The notes beneath the pieces are model-generated. The model saw only the letters and a list, made by a program, of their open reading frames with translations, did not search any database and was not told the DNA's origin. Shown one piece after another: positions 56,649 to 64,000 of a stretch of 64,000 bases of DNA; position 1 is the first letter of the stretch; each line of letters starts with the position of its first letter. Source of the DNA: Minisyncoccia bacterium (lineage in GTDB: Bacteria; Patescibacteriota; Minisyncoccia; 2-02-FULL-40-12; IGHO2-01-FULL-4-A); the NCBI GenBank assembly GCA_050015375.1, contig JBEKBN010000001.1, forward strand, positions 34,683 to 98,682. The letters are read 5' to 3'. A program made the position numbers and the translations under genes.

Positions 56649-57812
56649 ATGAATTCAACCGAATTCCTTGAGAAAATGGACGTATTCTTAGGAACTGGCT
56701 TATCACATGAGGGTAAATCGGAAGAAAAACGGGCCGCACTTAATCGCTTTCTTCAAAATAGCATGAATCGTTTGCGAAAGCTCGCTCTCGAATACAAAAG
56801 CCGCTTCTTCCTTGGTTTCGTATTTGAGGAGCTAGTCAGAAGCGAGACAAGCTATTGGCTTGATACTGATATTGAAAAGAAAGCCGAGCGATTCATCTTT
56901 CAGTGCCTAGAAAACCAGGATAACCTCGGGATATTAAGGACTGGATTGTGGCACATTCCTGATGCTCTTGGTTTTTCGGCAAAAGGAGGAAAGCTTTGCA
57001 TTAAGCGTATCATTGAGGCCAAGACCAGCCCCTATTTGATTGATATCCAACAGATCAGAGGCCATATCCTGGATGTTCAGAGAGTTGTTGAAAGCATCAC
57101 ATCAAGAACCGATCGTATCGCGCTGGATGATTTTTTTTCTGGGTTTGAGTTGGCGATTTCCGATAATCTTGAAAAAATCGTTGTCATTCCTGCCGGATCT
57201 AAAATTGTCAATGAGAAAGTCGGAATGTTAGAAAGCGAAGACTGGCAATTGGCCACCTCGATCTTCTCGCTTGATGAAACGATATTTATTACAAAAGAGC
57301 TTTTCCCAGAAGCCGGTACCCAATGGCTGGAATTCAAAGAAAAAAAAGAATCAACTCCCTTGGCTGGCCAAATTGAAAGGCCAAGCGACGAAGACAGATA
57401 TATTTTTTCAGGATTGATGGATCCTTCATTGAAAAGTTTGAACGGAATCATTGGTTTTTATTCATCGTTGCTTAGTCAGATATACGCTTCCTTGGGCAAG
57501 ATGATAAAACGCGAGGAACTCATGGAAGCGGCACTTATCTGGGTTTGTACCGATCGGATATTATTGAGACCAGAGACGGCAAGGGATATGTTCAGCTTGG
57601 AAGATATCAACGAATCAGGAGAAGTCGAAAATTTCGATTTGCCAGACAGATTTCGGCGGTTACTCTTGAGTTTGAAGCGATATTTTGTCAACGACAAGGA
57701 CGCGACCCGCGTAATTATGAGGTTGTACGATATTTACCTGGAAATCAGGGAAGAAGTCGATGAGATCAATCCGGAACTTGTCACGGTTGAAGACGCCCTT
57801 CAGTTTATATGA
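56649..57812 (+). CDS. Hypothetical protein with possible PD-(D/E)XK motif
   Basis: GFVFEEL...IPDALG...IIEAK; GAGG RBS. Confidence 0.55.
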   Translation: MNSTEFLEKMDVFLGTGLSHEGKSEEKRAALNRFLQNSMNRLRKLALEYKSRFFLGFVFEELVRSETSYWLDTDIEKKAERFIFQCLENQDNLGILRTGLWHIPDALGFSAKGGKLCIKRIIEAKTSPYLIDIQQIRGHILDVQRVVESITSRTDRIALDDFFSGFELAISDNLEKIVVIPAGSKIVNEKVGMLESEDWQLATSIFSLDETIFITKELFPEAGTQWLEFKEKKESTPLAGQIERPSDEDRYIFSGLMDPSLKSLNGIIGFYSSLLSQIYASLGKMIKREELMEAALIWVCTDRILLRPETARDMFSLEDINESGEVENFDLPDRFRRLLLSLKRYFVNDKDATRVIMRLYDIYLEIREEVDEINPELVTVEDALQFI

Positions 57813-57829
57813 ATTGTTTCAAAAAAATT

Positions 57830-57873
57830 ACCCCGCCGAGTCGGGACCAAATGGTCCGCGACTCGGCGGGGTG
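57830..57873. terminator. GC-rich hairpin between convergent genes (CCCCGCC...GGCGGGG)
   Basis: ACCCCGCCGAGTCG...CGACTCGGCGGGGT. Confidence 0.55.
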
Positions 57874-57881
57874 TTTATTTT

Positions 57882-58847
57882 TCACCTCCTGTGGAAGTTT
57901 TTGTTTTGTTGCACGTTTGCCGTCATGGCAGGTACCCGGCGAAGAACTAGCTGGACCAGTTCATTGTCGGATAATCCCGTCGGTGGGATGGCCGTATATT
58001 GCTTACTGCTGTTCAGCATGGCCGGCAATCTATTGTCAAAAAACCAGATACCGGGTTCACGACGCTTGAGTTCGTCGGCAAGCTGGGTCAGGTCGAAGCC
58101 CCGTCCCTGAATCGCCGCGTGGCCGGATGGATTTCTGAAAACGACCAACTGATGTCTTCGGACGATTTCTCGTCGGAGATAGCGGTCATTTTTTTCAAGA
58201 GCAACATGGACGCCCTTTCCAAAATCATTAAGCTTGAATCCTCTCTTGGCATCGACATCCAACCTGGCTCTTTTCTGTTCCGCTTTGGCTTTCGCATAGG
58301 CAGTTCGGAAATATTCGGACCGGCTTTTGACGACCGGTTCTTCAAGCCCGAGCGCCGCAAGCCGTTCTGAATAATCGGTAACCGTGAACTCTTGTTTGAG
58401 ATTAGGCACGGTTCCGGTATTTAGAAAAGCTGCGACGACATCGCCGACCGCTTCTACGACTTCCTTCGGGTCGTATCCGAGATCGTGCATTTCCCGAAGG
58501 GTCCAGACGATGCTTTCGTTGTTTCCCTTCAAAAAACCCGTCTGGTTGTTTTTGTTTACAAGATCGATCAATATTTGCAACGCCGGTGTTTTCGGAATTG
58601 CAAAGTCGATGACGATCGACTCCAGCGCCGACCCCGTTCCGCGAGTGTGATATTTGTCGTTTCCGATGTCAATCGGGACAACATTATTTTCCTTCCAGAT
58701 TCGAAGTATCTCTTCTGTCGGTTCGACATTGTCGTCCCAAAACTGAAACACCGGCAGGGGAATACCAAGATGCAATTCTAAGACCGCTTTTGCCGCAATC
58801 TTGTCAAACTGCGGTTCCTGAATCATGACTACGCCTGCTTTTTCCAC
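57882..58847 (-). CDS. Hypothetical protein, distant paralogue of 55567
   Basis: PQFDKIAA, IDIGNDKYH, WFFD...MLN motifs align with 55567. Confidence 0.6.
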   Translation of the reverse strand: MEKAGVVMIQEPQFDKIAAKAVLELHLGIPLPVFQFWDDNVEPTEEILRIWKENNVVPIDIGNDKYHTRGTGSALESIVIDFAIPKTPALQILIDLVNKNNQTGFLKGNNESIVWTLREMHDLGYDPKEVVEAVGDVVAAFLNTGTVPNLKQEFTVTDYSERLAALGLEEPVVKSRSEYFRTAYAKAKAEQKRARLDVDAKRGFKLNDFGKGVHVALEKNDRYLRREIVRRHQLVVFRNPSGHAAIQGRGFDLTQLADELKRREPGIWFFDNRLPAMLNSSKQYTAIPPTGLSDNELVQLVLRRVPAMTANVQQNKNFHRR

Positions 58848-59009
58848 GCTAGCCTCCGATCCAAAAAAGTGAATAGCTAAATTGTCAAATTACCATCGCG
58901 AATCTATTATATCACCAAACTTATATGATGTCAAATCAATATAAAAAAACACCCCATTGCTCTTGAGAGCAAGGGGTGGCACGGCTAAATTTACCGTGAC
59001 TAGAATGAG

Positions 59010-61013
59010 CTAGTCCGCTGTCTTTTTCTCGGACAGCGGTTCAGTGGAGGTTTCGGTTGGCGATGTTTCCGGTGTGCCTGTGAGAGATATGAATCCGTCT
59101 TCGCGACGCTTCTCCCGCAGAAAATCCGGTATCTCCTCCGAGTCGGCGCCGAAATGATGCCGGGCCATGACGGATAGGGATTTTTGGATCCGTCCGTTGA
59201 TCGCGGCCAATTCTATCGGCTGATTTGAAGAAATCGGCCGGAAAAATTCGTCGGAGAAGTGGCCGATGGTTTTATCCACAAAAATCTTACTGTCCTCCAC
59301 GCGGAGAATAGCATTGGCCCAGGCCTTGATATCGCCCATACGCCACTCAAAGCCGAAGAAATAAAGTCCGGGCTTGGTGGTGATGAAATCAGCAAAGGCC
59401 TGCTTGTCTCGGAAAAGGTTTCTCACCTCCGGGCTTGATTCGAGAATCTCTTTGACGCGATGAGAAAGTTCCGCGTTTCTTACCGTGGCGAGAATCGACC
59501 AGATCCTCTTGTCGCGGAAGAGCTGGTCTTTGGGAATTGTCTTTCCAAGGTAGTCTCTGAGGAACGGCGCGGCCTTCAAGGTGCCGGTGGTCGCTTCAGT
59601 GATTGACATATTGTCGTGGCCATCGCCTGCGAAAGTCAAGACGAGGTGATAGTTACGGCCATCATTGCCCGTCCAGTCGCGGATGTGGACCGCACGCGAT
59701 CCTTTCTCGCCGGCGATCAGATCCTCGATGGAAATTTGTCCTTCAGTATCGAGTAGTTGGCATTGCGCCTTAAGCTCGGCGTCGAATGCCTCCTGTCGCT
59801 TGGCAACCTCATAGTAAGCGTGTTCCAAACTGATCTTGATAGGTGCAAAACCGATGGCAAGAAAATCGGGCTTGCCGTCACTGATCGTGATGGGAAGTTC
59901 ACGCTCGCTGTGCCAGGAAGTCTTGACCTTGTTGTCCTGTCTGTCGCGGAAGGTTTGGCGAAACATCACCTCGGCGGCGACGGTCGTCGTAGCTTTGATG
60001 GCCACTAACTTGTTGTTAGCGCGGCGGGTGATGACAATCTTTCCGACCGACGCTTCGTTTTCCCGAAAGAACATCGGGACAAAGGCGATGCGGCCAAGGC
60101 CGGTCGTTCTGATCAGGTCGTAGAACGATACTACACAGTCACCACTATCACTGGCTTCTTGTCGGATGTTCTCTTCCTTAGCTACAAAAGTAGCTGCGGA
60201 TTCGTTGCGTTGTTTCCAGTTTTGACTTTTGGCCTCTTTGATGGCCGCCTGGAGATTATCCAGAGCAGCAAACAAATTGACCACTTCACGGATGCGGACT
60301 CCTTCCGCATTGGGCAGAAAATACTGGCCATTGTTTAAGATAGGGACTATGCGCGATTCTGCATCTGTACCGTCATCGCGTTTGATAACGAGGTCGGAGT
60401 TGGTTGGCGGATTGAAAAAAATTCCGCCGGCGACACCTGCCTCGAGGATCTCGACGAGCTTATTGCTTGCTGATTTCGTGTCAATGCCAACATCACAATT
60501 TCCCTCGGGAATTCTGGCCAAGAGAGAGACAGCCAGCTTGATCCGCCGGTTGCGCTCTCCCATGCGGGCAACCACCGTAGGCTGTCTGAGAATAGCAGTT
60601 GAGATCTCCGTCCGACCGAGGTCGATCTCTGATTGCATCGTGGACACTGCGAGTTTAAAGATCTCCGGATTGACGTTGTTCTGGACGCCCTTGAGATCTG
60701 CAAGGTGTCCGGAAAGAATTCCGATCTCATTCTGCAAGTCGTCAATTTGTGTGGCAAGGTCGTCATCGCCTAGACTGCCGGCCTTGAGTCGAGCAATACG
60801 TTCGGTAATTCTCTGCTTGATCACATCGGTTGGCTCATTGGCCAGATCAGAAACAGCGGGCGCCACTAAAGAAATATTCGGTTGATCGGTAGACTGTGGC
60901 GACTGCATCCCAGGATCATTCTGGGTCGGTGAAACAAATGTAATTTCAGCCAACGGCTGATCGTTTTCGCCGACCACGGATCGGCGCAAATCAACTCCTC
61001 TTTTCTTAGACAT
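59010..61013 (-). CDS. Large hypothetical protein
   Basis: 667 aa ORF with GGAGA RBS; N-terminal coiled coil. Confidence 0.65.
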   Translation of the reverse strand: MSKKRGVDLRRSVVGENDQPLAEITFVSPTQNDPGMQSPQSTDQPNISLVAPAVSDLANEPTDVIKQRITERIARLKAGSLGDDDLATQIDDLQNEIGILSGHLADLKGVQNNVNPEIFKLAVSTMQSEIDLGRTEISTAILRQPTVVARMGERNRRIKLAVSLLARIPEGNCDVGIDTKSASNKLVEILEAGVAGGIFFNPPTNSDLVIKRDDGTDAESRIVPILNNGQYFLPNAEGVRIREVVNLFAALDNLQAAIKEAKSQNWKQRNESAATFVAKEENIRQEASDSGDCVVSFYDLIRTTGLGRIAFVPMFFRENEASVGKIVITRRANNKLVAIKATTTVAAEVMFRQTFRDRQDNKVKTSWHSERELPITISDGKPDFLAIGFAPIKISLEHAYYEVAKRQEAFDAELKAQCQLLDTEGQISIEDLIAGEKGSRAVHIRDWTGNDGRNYHLVLTFAGDGHDNMSITEATTGTLKAAPFLRDYLGKTIPKDQLFRDKRIWSILATVRNAELSHRVKEILESSPEVRNLFRDKQAFADFITTKPGLYFFGFEWRMGDIKAWANAILRVEDSKIFVDKTIGHFSDEFFRPISSNQPIELAAINGRIQKSLSVMARHHFGADSEEIPDFLREKRREDGFISLTGTPETSPTETSTEPLSEKKTAD

Positions 61014-61221
61014 ATGCTTCTCTCCCGAAAACTTGTCAAAAGGATTGAACTACATTGAACAACACAGAACCAAACTAGACAAAATACGCCCTTATGAGAC
61101 ATTTTATCTTTCCCGTTTACCTCCTTTTCTTGTTAAATAACTGTCAGTTTACGGTGGTTATATTATATATCAAAACGATATCCAATGTCAAATTTCACCA
61201 TCAATACAAAAAACTGCTGAT

Positions 61222-61386
61222 CTAGACAGCGGATTTGAGAAATTTCTCGGTTTTGATTTTTTCTCGGCGGCGGTTGTAGGATTTTTTGTCGGGGAGGGAA
61301 AAAGAGGGCTTAATTTTCAAATGGCCGCGGGGGATACGGAATTTTTTACTCGATTTTTTCGGGCTCATGCTTGATTTCGGGCTCAT
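61222..61386 (-). CDS. Small basic protein overlapping the rpsA 3' end
   Basis: PRGHLKIKPSFSLPDKKSYNRRREK; start uncertain (61386 or 61368). Confidence 0.45.
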   Translation of the reverse strand: MSPKSSMSPKKSSKKFRIPRGHLKIKPSFSLPDKKSYNRRREKIKTEKFLKSAV

Positions 61387-62512
61387 GGGCGGTTTCAGGT
61401 TCGTTTTTTTCTTCAACCGCTTCTCTTTTGCTTTGCAAGGTCAAAAGCATTTTATGTTCTTTGGGTTCGATGGTAACAATGGCCACTTTCTGCTTGTCGC
61501 CGATCTTCAGGACTTCGGACGGTTTTTTGTCGCCAAATTCCGATGTCGGGATCAAACCGGTGATCTCGCCGTCAAGCCGGATGAAAACGCCATAGTTCGT
61601 GATCCGGCCGACTTCGCCTTCCACCGTCTGGCCGACGGAATATCTTTCTTCGGCTTTGTCCCAGGGATTGGGTTTCAGGGCTTTCAATGACAAAGAAATT
61701 TTAGTGCCTTCGATGCTGATGATCTTGGTTTGAACCTTGTCGCCGGGTTTCAAAAAGTCGCGGGGATTGTCGATCAGCTTCCAATCGATCTCGGAAATGT
61801 GGATCAGACCTTCCAGCGAACCGGAAATTTTCACAAAGGCGCCGAAATCGGTAACATCGGTTATCTCACCCTCGACGACATCGCCGACCTGATATTTGCC
61901 GACTTCTTGTTTCAGCTGTTCGTCGTTAATGGCCCGCTCGGAAACAATGAGCCGGTTTTCTTCTTCCAGAAAATCAATTATCTTGACCTGGATCTCGGTG
62001 TTTCGCAATTTTTGCAATGCCTGGACGATCTTGGTGGTGTCGCCGCCGTCAATTTTCGGGTAATGCTCGGGCGACAATTGCGACAAAGGCAAAAATCCCT
62101 GAATGCCGTTCAGTTCGATGATCAGCCCACCCTTGTTGATGTTGACCACGCGGGTGGTAATGACCTCGCCGGAATCCTTTTTGTTTTTGATATCCTGCCA
62201 GGCGGTGGTCATCTGGGCGCGCTTGAGAGAGAGCTCGCGGTGGCCGTTCTCGTCTTCGATGTCAAGCAATATCGTCGAAACCCGTTGGTCGGCTTTGAGG
62301 GATTTCTGGAGATCGGTGTTATCGTAAAATTCGCCAGGATAAACCATGCCTGTGCCCAGCGCGCCGAGATCTATCAGCACCGAATTTTTGCTGACGCTCA
62401 AAATCTTGCCCTCGATGACCGAACCGGGTTTGGGCAATTCAAACTCGGTCTTGGCCATCAAGTCCTTCATCGAAATAGCGCCCAGATTTGTTTGATGGGA
62501 AACAAGTTCCAT
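61346..62512 (-). CDS. rpsA: 30S ribosomal protein S1 (4 S1 domains)
   Basis: NKGGLI, FLPLSQL, DFGAFV..LEGLIHISE. Confidence 0.93.
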   Translation of the reverse strand: MELVSHQTNLGAISMKDLMAKTEFELPKPGSVIEGKILSVSKNSVLIDLGALGTGMVYPGEFYDNTDLQKSLKADQRVSTILLDIEDENGHRELSLKRAQMTTAWQDIKNKKDSGEVITTRVVNINKGGLIIELNGIQGFLPLSQLSPEHYPKIDGGDTTKIVQALQKLRNTEIQVKIIDFLEEENRLIVSERAINDEQLKQEVGKYQVGDVVEGEITDVTDFGAFVKISGSLEGLIHISEIDWKLIDNPRDFLKPGDKVQTKIISIEGTKISLSLKALKPNPWDKAEERYSVGQTVEGEVGRITNYGVFIRLDGEITGLIPTSEFGDKKPSEVLKIGDKQKVAIVTIEPKEHKMLLTLQSKREAVEEKNEPETAHEPEIKHEPEKIE

Positions 62513-62599
62513 AATGTAAAAGGAGTGTAACATGAATTTTTTTTGGCGTAAAGTGTGGGTTGAATCGGCATTTCGTTTGTGCTATAATTACTCTATGAA

Positions 62600-62678
62600 T
62601 CCCGTTAGAGAGCGTAGGCCAATATTGCGTTACTTGCCGATTGGCTTAGGTTATCTTATACGGGACTCTCTAACGGGA
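62600..62678. mobile_element. CCCGTTAGA-family element (79 bp) with TGAA duplication at a start codon
   Basis: ATGAATCCCGTTAGAGAG...CTCTCTAACGGGATGAAT. Confidence 0.85.
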
Positions 62679-63313
62679 TGAATATCCAGTGGTATGGCCA
62701 ATCCTGTTTCCGGCTGGAGAGCAAAGGTTTGAGTATTTTGATCGACCCTTTTGTCAAGGATATCGGTCTGAAACCGCCCCGCCTGAACGACAATATTTAT
62801 CTGGTCAGCCACGACCATCCCGACCACAACAATGTCGCCGGTGCGGCCGAGGACGCGTTCATCGTCAAAGGCCCGGGCGAATACGAGAAATCTGGCGTGT
62901 ATATCGAGGGCATCCGGTCATTCCATGACAATGTTGAGGGCAAGGAGCGGGGACTCAATACGATCTACACGATCAAATTTGATGAAATCCACCTGTGCCA
63001 TCTGGGAGATATCGGACAAAACAAATTGACCGACGAGCAGATCGAAGCCATCGGCGACATTGATATTCTTTTCATACCGGTCGGCGGAACCTACACCATT
63101 GACGGCGCCCAAGCCGCTGACATGGTCAAAGAGATCGAGCCGAAGATCATTATCCCGATGCATTATAAAATCCCAGGTTTGAATATTAAAATAGACGGTC
63201 CCCAGAAATTTTTAAAAGAGATCGGATTGAAACCGGAAGAGAACGAGATTTTTAAGATCAATAAAAAAACATTGCCAATGGAAGAAATGAAATTGGTGAT
63301 GCTGAAAATATAA
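62678..63313 (+). CDS. MBL-fold metallo-hydrolase
   Basis: WYGQSCF, SHDHPDHN, HLGD, IPMHY. Confidence 0.92.
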   Translation: MNIQWYGQSCFRLESKGLSILIDPFVKDIGLKPPRLNDNIYLVSHDHPDHNNVAGAAEDAFIVKGPGEYEKSGVYIEGIRSFHDNVEGKERGLNTIYTIKFDEIHLCHLGDIGQNKLTDEQIEAIGDIDILFIPVGGTYTIDGAQAADMVKEIEPKIIIPMHYKIPGLNIKIDGPQKFLKEIGLKPEENEIFKINKKTLPMEEMKLVMLKI

Positions 63314-63675
63314 TGAGAAAAAGCATTTGGCAGGAGATCAAAGAGCAACCACCCCACATTCGAGAAATTTTCATGTGGGTTTGTGTAGTGGCGATATTTT
63401 CGGTCATCGGTTTTTCCTGGTTCAGTTCGACGACAAAACAGTTTGCTCTCTTGGTGAATCCGGAGAATGCCCAGCCCAACGCCGACCAACTGGCTCAAAA
63501 TCAGGCCACTCCAACTTCGCCTTTCGCCACGATTTCAAAGTCATGGAGCGATTTAATGGCAAACATCGGCCAACTTTTCAATTTCACCCAAAAGACCAAC
63601 GATATTCGGATCGAGAATAAGAATTTACCGGAAGTGCCGCCAAATATTTTGCCGTTGTCGGGAGATAAGAAATAG
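63313..63675 (+). CDS. Hypothetical single-TM protein
   Basis: 120 aa; TAATG coupling with the upstream gene. Confidence 0.6.
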   Translation: MRKSIWQEIKEQPPHIREIFMWVCVVAIFSVIGFSWFSSTTKQFALLVNPENAQPNADQLAQNQATPTSPFATISKSWSDLMANIGQLFNFTQKTNDIRIENKNLPEVPPNILPLSGDKK

Positions 63676-63678
63676 GAA

Positions 63679-63755
63679 CAGCTGATAGCTAAGAGCTGAT
63701 AGACAATAGCTGAAAACAGATTGCTATTAGCCATGAGCTCTAAGCTATTAGCTGT
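63679..63755. repeat. Degenerate AGC-containing heptamer repeats in two inverted blocks
   Basis: AGCTGAT AGCTAAG AGCTGAT ... GCTATTA GCCATGA GCTCTAA GCTATTA. Confidence 0.65.
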
Positions 63756-63765
63756 ATTTTGTTAA

Positions 63766-64000
63766 ATGGCCATTCTTAACGGGACAATAAAAAATCGGGA
63801 GATAAACCGCGAAATGCAGGAGTCGTATTTGGATTACGCCATGTCAGTCATCGTTGACCGCGCCCTGCCCGATATCCGCGACGGGATGAAGCCGGTCAAC
63901 CGGCGGATCTTATATTCAATGAACGAAATGGGGTTGAAGCACAACGCCCGTTACCGGAAGTCGGCGACGGTTGTCGGCTGGATCTTGGGCCGCTACCATC
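63766..64000 (+). CDS. gyrA: DNA gyrase subunit A, N-terminus (runs off the window)
   Basis: [29 protein letters not shown]. Confidence 0.95.
   Translation, partial: MAILNGTIKNREINREMQESYLDYAMSVIVDRALPDIRDGMKPVNRRILYSMNEMGLKHNARYRKSATVVGWILGRYH

Noticed and set aside
61360-61390. TTTCGGGCTCATG duplication at the rpsA end
   Set aside because: Simple 18-nt-period coding duplication (HEPE x2) with no element ends
13168-62678. CRISPR interpretation of the recurrent palindromes
   Set aside because: Copies are dispersed, not regularly interspaced, and there are no cas genes

Overview
This looks like a chromosomal segment from a Patescibacteria (CPR, Parcubacteria-like) bacterium, inferred from gene content and compact, largely leaderless genes. 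It spans the replication origin: jag-yidC-yidD-rnpA-rpmH diverging from dnaA-oriC-dnaN-DciA-like. It also carries a PrgI/VirB4/VirB6 T4SS-like locus, housekeeping genes (PBP1A, ruvC, yebC, mscL, ruvB, pilB, nusA, tig, rplS, rluA, ftsH, rpsA, gyrA start), an AT-rich island with a GIY-YIG-type restriction enzyme and a LexA-methyltransferase fusion, and 8 tRNA genes. The most notable signals lie between and inside genes. (1) A family of 27-140 bp palindromic elements with CCC...GGG ends, several flanked by 4-bp TNNA duplications, has inserted at start codons, -35-like TTGA sites and inside ORFs while leaving the genes apparently intact. (2) A 300-bp element consisting only of a GIY-YIG nuclease gene between perfect 21-bp inverted repeats shares a terminal motif with one palindrome subfamily and is a candidate mobiliser. 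(3) A ~265-nt structured sequence occurs twice with conserved junctions and covarying stems, and I do not recognise it. (4) Four nuclease-like genes each end within or a few nt upstream of a tRNA 5' end. All calls are by-eye motif recognition; no searches or folding programs were run.
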